Positions 1 through 10,692 are shown, counted from the stretch's first letter. The stretch: 64,000 nucleotides of DNA from Bryobacterales bacterium (GCA_965216215.1 CBDCFO010000008.1:1750726-1814725); one strand, 5' to 3'. The notes: generated by a model not told the origin, from the sequence alone. Made by a program: numbers and translations.

Positions 1-1845
1 GTGGAGGGCCTCGCGCAGCGCATCTCCAACGCTGTCGCACTACCGTTCCTGTCCGAGAAACGCATCCTCTCTCTCGACCTTTCGTTGATTGTCGCCGGCA
101 CCAAGTACCGGGGCCAGTTCGAGGAACGACTCAAGACCATCATGAAGGAGCTGATGGAGGATCGAAACTCCATGATCTTCATCGACGAATTGCACACGCT
201 CGTCGGCGCGGGTTCGGCAGAGGGGTCACTGGACGCAGCGAACATCCTCAAACCGGCCCTTTCGCGCGGCGAGATTCAATGCATCGGGGCGACGACCCCG
301 TCGGAGTTTCGCAAGTCGATCGAAAGGGACCGATCCTTGGAGCGGCGCTTCCAGGCAGTCAAGGTCAGCCCTCCCACTGAGCAGGAAGCGGTACACGTGT
401 TGATCGGCATCAAGGAGCGTTACGAGAAGTTCCACGCCGTCGTGTACACCGATGAGGCAGTGGAGGCAGCTGTCTACAGCTCGATCCGGTACATCCCGGA
501 CCGCTTCCTCCCCGACAAGGCGATCGACCTGCTCGACGAGGCCGGAGCGCGCGTCAAACTCCAGCAGACGAAGATCTCGGACGAGAGCGCCGAAATCCAC
601 AAGCGGATCAAGTACATCGTCCATCGCATGGAAAACGCGATCGCCAACCACGAGTTCGAGAAGGCGCGATTCTACTCGGACGAGGAGCGCAAGGAGCGCG
701 AGAACCTGCGCAACCTGCAAAAGAAGCAGGAAATCGACCAAGCGGTGACTGCCACCGTGAGCAAGGACGATATCGAGGAAGTCGTGGCCCGCTGGACCGG
801 CGTGCCGATGACGTCCATCAAGGAAGAAGAACTCGACAAGCTGCTGCGGATCGAGGAGGACCTCCACATGCGCATCGTGAGCCAGGACAGCGCCATCTCG
901 GCGCTCGCCCGCGCCATTCGGCGCTCGCGTGCGGGCCTGAAGCCCGTGAACCGACCGGCTGGCTCGTTCCTCTTTCTCGGCCCCACCGGCGTGGGCAAGA
1001 CCGAAGTGGCCAGGGCGCTGGCCGAGTGCCTGTTCGGAACCGCGAAAGCGTTGATACGGTTTGACATGTCGGAGTTCATGGAGAAGCACTCCGTATCGAA
1101 GCTGATCGGCTCCCCTCCCGGCTACGTCGGCTACGAAGAGGGTGGGCAGCTGACCGAACGCGTGAAGCGCGCGCCGTACTCGATCATCCTGCTAGACGAA
1201 ATCGAGAAGGCCCATCCGGACTTGTTCAGCATTCTCTTGCAAGTCTTCGAAGACGGCCAGCTGACGGACGGGCTGGGCACCGCGGTTGACTTCAAGAACA
1301 CCATCGTGGTGATGACATCGAATATCGGGGCGCGCCACCTTCAGTCCAAGACGCCTATGGGCTTCCAGGGAAAATCGCAGGACTACACCGACGCGAAGGC
1401 CGAGCAAGAAGTCCTGAACGAAGTCAAGCGGACATTCAACCCGGAATTCCTCAACCGGCTGGACGAGACCATTATTTTCCGCTCGCTCACGGACGAGGAC
1501 CTGCGAGCGATCGTGCAACTGCTGGTGGGCCAGATCAACGAAAACCTGATCAGCAAGGGACTTCGGATCCGGCTCCGCGACGATGCCGCGCAGTACATCC
1601 TCGACGAGACCCTCGGCGACCGGAACTACGGAGCGCGGCCGCTGCGGCGAGCGCTGCAACGTTGCATCGAGGATCCTCTCTCCGAGGCGCTGATTCAAGA
1701 CCAGCTACCTCGACCAGCCGAAATCGAGATCTTTCGGGGCCCCGACGGCATGTATTTCCGTCGGGTGGACCTTCCCGAGAGCGAAGACGATGGCGAAAGC
1801 GGTAGCGTGGCGGTCGCCGCTCAGACGCTACTGTTCTCGATCTAG
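1..1845 (+). CDS. clpC: ATP-dependent Clp protease ATP-binding subunit ClpC (5' end outside window)
   Basis: First AAA Walker B IFIDELH; UVR-like middle domain; second AAA module GPTGVGKT, DMSEFMEKHSVSKLIGSPPGYVGY, LLDEIEKAH, YGARPLRR. Confidence 0.9.
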   Translation: MEGLAQRISNAVALPFLSEKRILSLDLSLIVAGTKYRGQFEERLKTIMKELMEDRNSMIFIDELHTLVGAGSAEGSLDAANILKPALSRGEIQCIGATTPSEFRKSIERDRSLERRFQAVKVSPPTEQEAVHVLIGIKERYEKFHAVVYTDEAVEAAVYSSIRYIPDRFLPDKAIDLLDEAGARVKLQQTKISDESAEIHKRIKYIVHRMENAIANHEFEKARFYSDEERKERENLRNLQKKQEIDQAVTATVSKDDIEEVVARWTGVPMTSIKEEELDKLLRIEEDLHMRIVSQDSAISALARAIRRSRAGLKPVNRPAGSFLFLGPTGVGKTEVARALAECLFGTAKALIRFDMSEFMEKHSVSKLIGSPPGYVGYEEGGQLTERVKRAPYSIILLDEIEKAHPDLFSILLQVFEDGQLTDGLGTAVDFKNTIVVMTSNIGARHLQSKTPMGFQGKSQDYTDAKAEQEVLNEVKRTFNPEFLNRLDETIIFRSLTDEDLRAIVQLLVGQINENLISKGLRIRLRDDAAQYILDETLGDRNYGARPLRRALQRCIEDPLSEALIQDQLPRPAEIEIFRGPDGMYFRRVDLPESEDDGESGSVAVAAQTLLFSI

Positions 1846-3377
1846 GCGCTGTCAACACCCTGCATCTTTGGGAACAGATCCTTGAGCGCAGGATAGGCCT
1901 CGCGAAACGTCCGATATCCGTCCTGGTAGACGGATCGCAGCAACGGATCGGGATCTTCTCGGACCTGCTCGACGATCACATTCCGACAGGCTTCTTCGAC
2001 CGATCCGAACTCCCCTGTCCCGACCAGGGCCAAGAGCGCCGCGCCATAGGCCGATCCCTCCTGGGTTTGCAAGGTGGCGATCGGCTTGCCAAAGACGCCG
2101 GCGAGGATCCTCCGCCAGACCGCGGACTTCGCTCCGCCGCCGGACCCCCGCACGGCCGCGACCTCCGCCCCCAAGGACTCGATAATGCCGAGGCAGTCAT
2201 TGAGACTGTAGGCGACGCCCTCAAGAATCGACCGCACGAGGTGGGCCCGAGTATGCTTCGCTGTCAGGCCAACCCACCCGCCCCTGGCGAGAGGGTCCAG
2301 ATGCGGCGTCCGCTCGCCCATCAGGTAGGGAAGCCAGAACAGGCCTTCGGATCCCGGGGGAACTTCAGCCGCTTCGCGCGTCAGGATATCGTAGACGTCG
2401 GAGCCGCGTTCGGCGGCCTCCGCGGTAAGGTAGGTCGCAAGATTGTTGCGAAACCACTGCAAGCTCAGGCCCGCACCCTGCGTGACCCCCATCACGTGCC
2501 ACTTGCCGGGCACGGCGTGGCAAAACGTGTGCACCCGTCCCTCCGGGTCGTAGGCAGCCTCATCCAGATGCGAGAACACGACCCCGGATGTGCCGATCGT
2601 GCAGGAAACCAAGCCGGACTCGACAATCCCATTTCCCACGGCGCTGGCGGCTTGGTCGCCCGCTCCCCCAACCACAGGAGTGCCTTCCGCCAAACCGGTC
2701 TTCTCGGCGGCCACTGCTGACACCTTGCCTGTGAGTTCCGGCGATTCGACCACCTCCGGCAAGATCGAACCGTCGATTCCAAGGTTGTCGATCAATGGCG
2801 TCGCCCAGCGACGGCCGACAACGTCGAACAATGCCGTGCCCGAGGCATCCGAGACCTCGCTGACGTACTCACCGGTCAAGCAGAACCGAATGTAGTCCTT
2901 GGGAAGAAGCATCTTCCTGGTCCGCTCGTAGCTGGCCGGGTCGTGATCCCGAACCCATAGCAGCTTGGGCGCGGTGAACCCCGTCAGCACGGGGTTGGCA
3001 GTCTGCTCCAACACCGTCGCCGCGCCGGCCTTGGCGTTGATCCAGTCAACCTGCTCCTGGCTTCTCTGATCGCACCAGATCAGCGCGGGCCGAATGACAT
3101 CGTCCGAAGCGTCAAGCAAAGTGAGTCCATGCATCTGCCCGGACAGCCCGATGCCTGCGATCTCGTGGCCGCGCACGCCAGCCTTTGCCAACACCTCGCG
3201 AATCGCCTGGCATGCGGCCGACCACCAGTTCTCCGGACGCTGCTCGGCCCAAAGGGGGCGATGCATCAGAATGTCCTCGTGAGCCGCGGTCACTCCGCAG
3301 GCGACTGTTCCATCCGCTGTCACGAGCAGGGCCCGAGAGCCACCGGTGCCGATATCGATACCTAGCCAGTACTGCAT
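1842..3377 (-). CDS. xylB: Xylulokinase (FGGY carbohydrate kinase)
   Basis: MQYWLGIDIGTGG, GLSGQMHG, LIWCDQR, GGAGDQAA, YLMGERTPH. Start set at ATG 3377 behind a GGAGAG RBS; the longer ORF-track start overlaps plsC. Confidence 0.9.
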   Translation of the reverse strand: MQYWLGIDIGTGGSRALLVTADGTVACGVTAAHEDILMHRPLWAEQRPENWWSAACQAIREVLAKAGVRGHEIAGIGLSGQMHGLTLLDASDDVIRPALIWCDQRSQEQVDWINAKAGAATVLEQTANPVLTGFTAPKLLWVRDHDPASYERTRKMLLPKDYIRFCLTGEYVSEVSDASGTALFDVVGRRWATPLIDNLGIDGSILPEVVESPELTGKVSAVAAEKTGLAEGTPVVGGAGDQAASAVGNGIVESGLVSCTIGTSGVVFSHLDEAAYDPEGRVHTFCHAVPGKWHVMGVTQGAGLSLQWFRNNLATYLTAEAAERGSDVYDILTREAAEVPPGSEGLFWLPYLMGERTPHLDPLARGGWVGLTAKHTRAHLVRSILEGVAYSLNDCLGIIESLGAEVAAVRGSGGGAKSAVWRRILAGVFGKPIATLQTQEGSAYGAALLALVGTGEFGSVEEACRNVIVEQVREDPDPLLRSVYQDGYRTFREAYPALKDLFPKMQGVDSA

Positions 3378-3394
3378 GTTGTCTCTCCGTTGTG

Positions 3395-4147
3395 TCAAAG
3401 CGCCAAGGTGCCGCCAGGGTCTGTGGCGAGTTCCTCGATCGCGTGTCGCACGCGTTCTGTCAGCGCACTCGCGCTGATTCGGTTCGCTCCGCCAGTCGGA
3501 ATCGGCTCTCCGATGCGGATCTCCGCGACGCCTGGTCGCAAGTGAAGCGATCCCGGAGGCAGGATCCTGCGGGTGCCGGCAATGGCGACCGGCACGATTG
3601 GCACGCCCGCTTGATTGGCGATATGGGCTGCGCCGGTCTTGAACCGCCGAGTCGCATCGCCCCGGCGACGCCCGCCTTCCGGGAAAATTAAGATGGACCT
3701 GCCCTCGCGCACCTTGTCGGCGGCGTAGGCGATGTTCCGGGCCGCGATCCGTGGATTCGTGCGGTTGACTGGAAGATGTCCTGCGCGCCCCAAGTGCCAG
3801 CCAATGAACGGGATCTTCCAGAGGCCGGAACGGGCCAGGATCCGGAATGGCTGCGGCATGAGCCCAAACATTAGCGGCGTGTCGATCAAGCTGAAGTGGT
3901 TGGACGCGAAGACGTAAGGCTGCCCGGACTCCAGGCGCTCGCTCCCGGAAAGGCGCATTTCGACGAGAAAGACCGCCATCAGCATGCGCCCCCACCTGCG
4001 GGCGATTCTGTGCTGCATTTCGCCTCGGCTGTCGATTAGGGACGACAGGAGCGAGAGCAAGCCCATCACGCTAGTGATCAGCACGAGGAGCGGCACCATC
4101 CAGCAAACCGAGCGGATAGAGCTCAGAATCTCGCGGAACCAGCGCAA
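3395..4147 (-). CDS. plsC: 1-acyl-sn-glycerol-3-phosphate acyltransferase
   Basis: NHxSxxD (NHFSLID), FPEGGR and FKTGA motifs; N-terminal hydrophobic helix. Confidence 0.85.
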   Translation of the reverse strand: MRWFREILSSIRSVCWMVPLLVLITSVMGLLSLLSSLIDSRGEMQHRIARRWGRMLMAVFLVEMRLSGSERLESGQPYVFASNHFSLIDTPLMFGLMPQPFRILARSGLWKIPFIGWHLGRAGHLPVNRTNPRIAARNIAYAADKVREGRSILIFPEGGRRRGDATRRFKTGAAHIANQAGVPIVPVAIAGTRRILPPGSLHLRPGVAEIRIGEPIPTGGANRISASALTERVRHAIEELATDPGGTLAL

Positions 4148-4155
4148 GATCGATT

Positions 4156-5445
4156 TTAGCCGAGCAGGTCGCGGGCTTCTCCGACGAGGAACAGCGATCC
4201 GGTCACGACGATCCAGTCGCCGCTGCCCGAGCCGGCGTTCGCCATTCGGAGCGCAGCCTCGATGCCAGGTGCGGTTTCGATCCGCGAATGGTGATGGCCG
4301 GTAGCTTGCAATAGAATTCCGGGGGTTGCGGAGCGCTGCACTCTCGAGCGCGTCAGGACGACCCGGTCAGCGGCCGGAAACATCCAGCTGGCGATTTCGT
4401 CAACCGCCTTGTCCCGGGACGACCCGTAAATCAGGGTCACCTTGCGCCCATGTGCCTCGTGATCCAGAAACCTTGCCAGCGCTCGGGCGCCGTTCGGGTT
4501 GTGAGCGACGTCCAGCAGGACCCGGGGATCTCGTTTTGCAAATTCGAGCCGTCCCGGCCAGGTCGTCCGGCGCATGCCTGTCTCGATTGATTTCGAGGGA
4601 ATGCCGAGAGCGGTCAAGGCCGCGGTCGCCGTCAGCGCGTTCTCCATTTGGTGCTGGCCAGCGAGTGCCAAATCGATTTGAATCGATTCCGCTCCCTTGA
4701 CCGCAGCGAACCTCCAGCAGCCGCGTTCGCTCTTGGGATCACGGACCTGCCAATCGCTGCCAACATCAATGGTTTCGACGCCTGCGTTGGCACAGCACCG
4801 CAGGAGTACTCCACGCGCCTCCAGTGCCTGCGGTCCGATCACGGCGCGACATCCAGGCTTGACAATCGCCCCCTTCTCCGCGGCAATCCGATCCAAGCCG
4901 CGGCCAAGGTACTGCTCGTGGTCACAGCCGATGCGCGTCAGGACCGCCAGTTCAGGGAAAACGACATTGCTGGCGTCGAGGCGACCGCCGAGGCCTGTCT
5001 CCACAATCCGGTATTCAACCCTCGCCTGCGCAAAAAGCACCAGGCCGACCGCCGAAACCGATTCGAAGAATGTCGGATGGACGCCTCGGCCGTAGCGGGC
5101 CACAATTCGCTCGCTGGCCCGTCGGACCGGCTCGATGGCAGCCGCCAGTGCGTCGTTCGAGACCGGCTCCCCATTCAGCAAGAACCGCTCGTTGATGCGC
5201 GAAAGGTGGGGGGAAGTATACAGGCCGGTCGTGCGACCGGCCGCCCGCAGACCGCTCTCGATCATCGCCGCGGTCGATCCCTTGCCGTTCGTGCCGGCAA
5301 TGTGGATAATGCCGGCTGCCCGCTCGGGGTGGCCTACTTCGGCCATGAGTCTTTGCATTCGGTGCAGGCCGAAACTCTCCTTGCGGATCGATCCCAGCAA
5401 GGAGAACAGATAGTCGATGGAAGGGTTAGCGGGTTCCATCCGCAT
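4156..5445 (-). CDS. folC: Bifunctional folylpolyglutamate synthase/dihydrofolate synthase
   Basis: HIAGTNGKGST, YTSPHL, ETGLGGRLDASNV, WPGRLE, LDVAHNP; directly downstream of accD as in the common accD-folC operon. Confidence 0.93.
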   Translation of the reverse strand: MRMEPANPSIDYLFSLLGSIRKESFGLHRMQRLMAEVGHPERAAGIIHIAGTNGKGSTAAMIESGLRAAGRTTGLYTSPHLSRINERFLLNGEPVSNDALAAAIEPVRRASERIVARYGRGVHPTFFESVSAVGLVLFAQARVEYRIVETGLGGRLDASNVVFPELAVLTRIGCDHEQYLGRGLDRIAAEKGAIVKPGCRAVIGPQALEARGVLLRCCANAGVETIDVGSDWQVRDPKSERGCWRFAAVKGAESIQIDLALAGQHQMENALTATAALTALGIPSKSIETGMRRTTWPGRLEFAKRDPRVLLDVAHNPNGARALARFLDHEAHGRKVTLIYGSSRDKAVDEIASWMFPAADRVVLTRSRVQRSATPGILLQATGHHHSRIETAPGIEAALRMANAGSGSGDWIVVTGSLFLVGEARDLLG

Positions 5446-6279
5446 CTAGCGGGCAGCGCCGTCGAAGAACTCCAAGGCGTTCCCGAGATACTCTTTCAAT
5501 TCCGTGCGTGGGACGACCGCGTCCAGCATGCCGTGCTTGAGGAGGAATTCGGCGCGTTGGAAACCCTTAGGCAGCTTCTGCCGAATGGTCTGCTCGATAA
5601 CGCGGGGCCCGGCGAATCCGATCAAGGCCCCTGGCTCGGCAATGTTGAGGTCGCCCAGCATCGCGAAGCTGGCTGTCACGCCACCTGTCGTCGGATCGGT
5701 CAGCACGCTGATATAAGGCACTCTGGCCTGATCGAGCTTCTTGAGAGCGGCCGAAACCTTGGCCATCTGAACCAGGCTCACCATGCCCTCCATCATACGG
5801 GCGCCGCCCGAGGCGGAGACGATCACAAGAGGCACGCGGGAACCAGCGGAAAGCTCAGCCGCGCGCGTGAGCTTCTCGCCAACAACAGCGCCCATGCTGC
5901 CGCCGATGAAGCGATACTCCATGGCGCAGATGACGATGTCGCGCCCGTTCAGGCGGCCGCGCCCGCAAATGACCGCGTCGTCCAGGCCTGTCTTCTCCTT
6001 CGCGTCCTCAAGACGCTCGGAGTATTCCTTGCGGTCGGCAAACCTAAGGGCGTTCGTGGAGCAGAGATTGCCGCAGACATCCTCCCAGCAGCCTTCATCA
6101 AAGAGCATCTCTAGCCGTTGATAGGCTGTGATCTTGAAGTGGAAGCCGCACTTCCCGCAGACCATGCCTTCCAATTCGAGATCCTTCTTCCAAATCGGGG
6201 TCGCACAGGCATCACACTTGATCCAGAGACCTTCGGTGTGAACTCGCTTGGGTTCGTTCTCTCGGCGGAACCAAGGCAT
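5446..6279 (-). CDS. accD: Acetyl-CoA carboxylase carboxyltransferase beta subunit
   Basis: N-terminal C4 zinc finger, GGSMGAVVGEK, SGGARMMEG, PTTGGVTASFA, IGFAGPRVIEQT. Confidence 0.95.
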   Translation of the reverse strand: MPWFRRENEPKRVHTEGLWIKCDACATPIWKKDLELEGMVCGKCGFHFKITAYQRLEMLFDEGCWEDVCGNLCSTNALRFADRKEYSERLEDAKEKTGLDDAVICGRGRLNGRDIVICAMEYRFIGGSMGAVVGEKLTRAAELSAGSRVPLVIVSASGGARMMEGMVSLVQMAKVSAALKKLDQARVPYISVLTDPTTGGVTASFAMLGDLNIAEPGALIGFAGPRVIEQTIRQKLPKGFQRAEFLLKHGMLDAVVPRTELKEYLGNALEFFDGAAR

Positions 6280-6499
6280 AAATGACGGGCGCCGGCGAAA
6301 CGCGGCGCCTAGGATGATCCGATCATAGCCTTATCCGTCGACCTTCCTCAAACTGGCGGGCCGACGGCATTCCTGCCCACGAGGGCACGGGCCGTGCTCG
6401 GCCCCAGACAGCGCGACGCCGCCCTTGGATCACCAGATGGCATGGAACGAGGCGCGCCGCAAGGGACTCGAAGCTACACTCGATCCCTTGATGCCGACG

Positions 6500-7495
6500 C
6501 TAACGACAAGCTTGGTCGAACAGACCGAGTTGGTCAATGGGAATTGCCGTAAGAGCATCGACATCGGTTTCGGACTGGCCTGGGATGCGGCCGGACAGGC
6601 AGTGCTTGCGGCGGATTCGACCCAATTTCTCACCCAGCCATTCGCGGTACCCGGGCGATACGTACGCACCATGCCTGTAGTGATTCTTGTAGCGCGCCGC
6701 CAAGTGCGGGAACTCCGCTCTGAGAAACGGCATCAGCCGCTCCCTCGCGGCCGGCTGCAGGAATAGGGCATGAGCGTCCCAATACACGGCGTCGGCTCGC
6801 TTCGACGCCCGAGCGACGGCATCCAGCATCTCGGTAGTGTCGGTGATCAGCGGCAGAACCGGGGCCGAGAAGACGCCCGCTTCGATTCCGCGCCAGCGGA
6901 GTTCTCGAACAGCATCGATGCGCTTGAGCGGGTGCGCCGCTCGAGGCTCAAGGGCCCGTGCCAAGGCTGCGTCCATCGTCGTGATCGTGACATTGACATG
7001 AAGGTCGTTGTTCGCCGCGATGCTGCCCAAGAGATCGATGTCGCGCAGGATCAAGTCTGACTTGGTGGTAATTCCAATCCTGTTGCCAGAAACCTCGGCG
7101 AACGCCTCGAGGATGCCCCGCGTGGTCTCGAATCGGCGTTCCGCTGGCTGATATGGGTCGGTGCCGGTACCAACCGCGATCGCGCCTTCGACGCCACGCG
7201 CGAGTTCGCGTCGCAAGATCTCCTTGGCCTGGCTCTTCGAGTAGATCAGCGAGTCGAAGAGCCGTGGATCCTCGATACCCAGATACTTGTGGGTATACGC
7301 GGCGTAGCAGTAATGACAGCCGATCTCGCAGCCGCGATAGGGATTGACCGTCCAGCGGAAAGGCATCCTGCGATTGGCGCAACGATTGAGGATGCTCCTT
7401 GAAGGAAGGCTGCGATATTCCACGCAACGCTTCTTCCCAAGGATCGTGCCACGGGCAGCCATCCCCTCGAGTCCGGATCGATGCTGGTGTGTCAT
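6500..7495 (-). CDS. Radical SAM protein, Rv2578c/SplB-like family (start uncertain, open to 7768)
   Basis: NPYRGCEIGCHYCYA (CxxxCxxC), GTGTDPYQPAE, ITTKSDLILRD. Confidence 0.8.
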   Translation of the reverse strand: MTHQHRSGLEGMAARGTILGKKRCVEYRSLPSRSILNRCANRRMPFRWTVNPYRGCEIGCHYCYAAYTHKYLGIEDPRLFDSLIYSKSQAKEILRRELARGVEGAIAVGTGTDPYQPAERRFETTRGILEAFAEVSGNRIGITTKSDLILRDIDLLGSIAANNDLHVNVTITTMDAALARALEPRAAHPLKRIDAVRELRWRGIEAGVFSAPVLPLITDTTEMLDAVARASKRADAVYWDAHALFLQPAARERLMPFLRAEFPHLAARYKNHYRHGAYVSPGYREWLGEKLGRIRRKHCLSGRIPGQSETDVDALTAIPIDQLGLFDQACR

Positions 7496-8018
7496 GGCTA
7501 TAGTTTCGTATTTTATTCGCTCCTGTGCAAGTGTTTCCGGGGAGTTTTTCCTCAATTCAAGAAGATCTACACGAATTCGAGATCTAGGAGCCGGGCAGGA
7601 AGGGTGGTTGCAGTAGCTCCGGATCACGGTGGCAAGATGCTCTCGCTGCGCTTCCAGCGGCGCGGTGCGGTGCGTCTTGCACCTCTCGTTCACCGCCTTG
7701 ACGGCCGGTGCGAAACGGCTCTCGGCCGTGATCTTGTCCCAATCAGTTGGCTTGCTCCGACCGCTCATACATGGGGCAGGTCGAGGAAGTCCGACGTTGT
7801 GGGCGGATCATGGCGCCTCCCTCCAGCTGGGCGGAAGTCCACATTGCAGGTCTTGGTGGCACGGAGCGTCAAACCATAGCGCCCAAAACGCTTTCCCAGC
7901 CGTGCGCGTCACGCACGCTCCCGGATTGCTAGCATGGAACCCGCAGTTCCGAGCCGGATCGACGACCAACCGGCTAGTTCATAGCGCTCCTATGAACCCT
8001 GCCCGACTCAGGCTTTAG

Positions 8019-9086
8019 GTGATGTTGCCGCGCATGGAAGAAGTGAATCGGGCGGCGCTTGTAGTCCTGCTGGCTGCGGCAAGCGTCTCCGTTAGTGCCG
8101 GTCAGGTCGCGTGGGGCTCAGACATCCTCCGACAGGCGCCGGAATGGTATGCCTCGGTCGAGGCGCGAGCCGTAGCAGACAACGTCATCCAATACCAGTC
8201 GTCGCAAGGAGGTTGGCCCAAGAACACAGATCTGGCAACTCGGCCAACATCTGTTAGGGCGCAAGAGCCGGCCACGATCGACAACGACGCGACGACGAGG
8301 CCGATGCGCTTTCTCGCATTGATGGCACAGGCCGGCGGCGAGGCCAGATACCGCGAGGCGTTCATGCTGGGAATCGACTACCTGCTGTCAGCCCAGTACC
8401 CTAACGGCGGCTGGCCGCAGTACTTCCCACTCCGTGAGGGCTACTACTCCCGGATCACATACAACGACAACGCGATGGTCAACGTGCTGTCGCTTCTGCG
8501 CGATATCGGCGCGGGCAAGGCCCCCTACAGTTTCGTCGACGAGTCCCGCCAAGCCAAGGCTGCTGCCGCGGTAGCTCGAGGGACCGACTTGATCCTGCGC
8601 ACACAGGTAAAGCAGGACGGCAAACTCACCGCCTGGTGCGCCCAGCACGACGAAAACACACTCGATCCCGCGTGGGCGCGCGCCTACGAGCCGCCCTCAC
8701 TCTCCGGCAGCGAAACCGTTGGCATCGTTCGCTTCTTGCTCGCAATTGAGCGCCCTAGCCCAGACATCATTGCAGCCATCGAAGCCGCCGTGGCATGGCT
8801 CGACTCGGTCGGGGTCCGCGGGCTGCGCGTCGAGCAGTCCACCGGCGAGACCAGGGAGCGCGACCGCCGAGCCGTGCCCGACCCAACTGCGCCGGTGCTG
8901 TGGGCGAGGTTCTACGAATTGGGCACGAACCGCCCGATCTTCCTCGGACGCGACAGCGTCGTTCGCTACGACTTCAATGAAATCGAACGCGAACGTCGTC
9001 TTGGCTACGCCTATCTTGGAACCTGGCCGGCCAAGCTTCTCGTCGAGGACTACCCTCGATGGCAAGCAGGGCACAGGCAGCGCTAG
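8019..9086 (+). CDS. pelA: Secreted pectate lyase, polysaccharide lyase family 10
   Basis: Signal peptide; GGWPKN, TIDNDAT, GGWPQYFP, ITYNDNAM, WCAQHD, PAWARAYE, WARFYE. Confidence 0.85.
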   Translation: MMLPRMEEVNRAALVVLLAAASVSVSAGQVAWGSDILRQAPEWYASVEARAVADNVIQYQSSQGGWPKNTDLATRPTSVRAQEPATIDNDATTRPMRFLALMAQAGGEARYREAFMLGIDYLLSAQYPNGGWPQYFPLREGYYSRITYNDNAMVNVLSLLRDIGAGKAPYSFVDESRQAKAAAAVARGTDLILRTQVKQDGKLTAWCAQHDENTLDPAWARAYEPPSLSGSETVGIVRFLLAIERPSPDIIAAIEAAVAWLDSVGVRGLRVEQSTGETRERDRRAVPDPTAPVLWARFYELGTNRPIFLGRDSVVRYDFNEIERERRLGYAYLGTWPAKLLVEDYPRWQAGHRQR

Positions 9087-9588
9087 GCGTATTCCTACAA
9101 GGAATTCGGTTGGAAGGCATCATAGGAGGGGGCCTAGGGCCGCCCGCGTACGGCGTTTCCTGGAAGCGCCAGCCGCGAACCTCTTAGGGTATCCAGTTGC
9201 GTCCCAAGTCGTAACGCCGGATCGGTCGCCGGTTCTCGCAGCACCGGAAGGGAACCGAACCCTAGAGGCGATTCGATGGCAACGATTCCAGCGCAAAGCC
9301 CACGAACAACGGTCTGCCGTACCTGGGCTCCGAGTCGATGCTTCCAGAGGGGTTCTCGCAGCACACTCTTGACACAACCCGAAATGATCAAATTGGCGTC
9401 AGCCGGTCCGGCGACACCGCTCCGATCATGCTTCAATCGATTGTCCTGGAAGGATTCGCTGCGCCACTGCGGGGTTTCGCATTTATTGACGTAACGATGT
9501 CTGAGGCTACCGTTGTGAGGGTCCCGAGCGATCCAAGCGAGGCACGTCCCCGGGAGGATTGCGCCAGCCGATACACCCGATTCAGCGG

Positions 9589-10692
9589 CTAGCCGCGCTG
9601 CTCACGGAGAATGCCAAGCATCCTGCGGAGCGGTTCCGCCGCTCCCCATAGAAGCTGGTCGCCTACTGTGAACGCACCTAGGTACTCGGGTCCCATGCTC
9701 AACTTGCGCATGCGCCCCACGGCAATGTCCAACGTACCCGCCACCGCCGCCGGAGTCAGTTCTCGCAGGGTCGCTTGTTCAGAGTTCTCGACCAGCCGAA
9801 CCCAACAGTTTCCGCTCCGAACGATTGTCCTCAATTCATCAAGAGGAACGTTCCGGGCAAGCTTGATGCAGAGCGCTTGGCTGTGGCAGCGCATCGCGTC
9901 CACTCGGGCGCAAGTCCCATCGATAACCACAGGCGACTCGGACCCCAGCATCTTGGTTGCCTCGACGCTCGCCTTCCACTCCTCCCGCGTCTGCCCGCTG
10001 TCCATCACCCCGTCGATCCAAGGCAGGACGTTGCAGGCTAAGGGAGCGCCGAGCTCGGCCACGGGCAGGCTGTCCGATCCCTGGGCCCGCGTCACCTCCC
10101 GTTCGACTTGCACGCTTGAGAGCACGTCCAGATCAGCGCTGGGAAGGCTCATGTGCCCCATCTGCCGAGCGAGTTCCGTCAGTTTGCGCGCACCTGCACC
10201 GGAGACAGCCTGGTAGGTCGTGGTGTTCACCCATTCGACCAGGCCTTCGCGAAAAAGCCCCACGATCGCCATGAGCAGGAGGCTGACTGTGCAGTTGGCC
10301 CCCACAAAGGTCCGGCAGCCTTCCGCGAGATTCCGGCGGATCCTGTCGCCGTTCACCGGATCCAGTACGAGAGTGGCCTCACCGTCCAGGCGCAGCGCGG
10401 ACGCAGCGTCGATCCAGTAGCCACTCCATCCAGAGGACCTCAGCTGGGGGTACACCAGCGAGGTGTACGCTCCGCCCTGACACGTCAGCACGGCATCGCA
10501 GCGTCCGAGCTGGTCGATGTCTCCAGCGTCCTGGAGCAGTGGCTCGGCAGCTCCGTCAGGCGCGGCCCCCCCTGGGTTCGAGGTACTGAAGAAATGGAGT
10601 TCCAAACTACCCAGATCGCCTTGGGCGCGCATCCTCTCGAGCAGGACGGATCCAACCATCCCGCGCCAACCGACAAAAGCGATCCGTAACAC
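9589..10692 (-). CDS. asd: Aspartate-semialdehyde dehydrogenase, gamma/beta-proteobacterial type
   Basis: FVGWRGMVGSVL, YWIDAASALR, GANCTVSL (catalytic Cys), YQAVSGAGA, RCHSQA, GDQLLWGAAEPLRRML; GTG start at 10692 behind GGAG. Confidence 0.92.
   Translation of the reverse strand: MLRIAFVGWRGMVGSVLLERMRAQGDLGSLELHFFSTSNPGGAAPDGAAEPLLQDAGDIDQLGRCDAVLTCQGGAYTSLVYPQLRSSGWSGYWIDAASALRLDGEATLVLDPVNGDRIRRNLAEGCRTFVGANCTVSLLLMAIVGLFREGLVEWVNTTTYQAVSGAGARKLTELARQMGHMSLPSADLDVLSSVQVEREVTRAQGSDSLPVAELGAPLACNVLPWIDGVMDSGQTREEWKASVEATKMLGSESPVVIDGTCARVDAMRCHSQALCIKLARNVPLDELRTIVRSGNCWVRLVENSEQATLRELTPAAVAGTLDIAVGRMRKLSMGPEYLGAFTVGDQLLWGAAEPLRRMLGILREQRG

Noticed and set aside
1842-3995. N-terminal extensions in the ORF track for xylB, hemG (38586), meaB (43446), rsmE (57103) and istA (28214)
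   Set aside because: They overlap neighbouring genes or IS ends; internal starts with RBS or stop-start coupling fit better.
9134-9436. ORFs in the ~500-bp pelA-asd gap and in 63603-63879
   Set aside because: No motif, RBS or codon-bias support.
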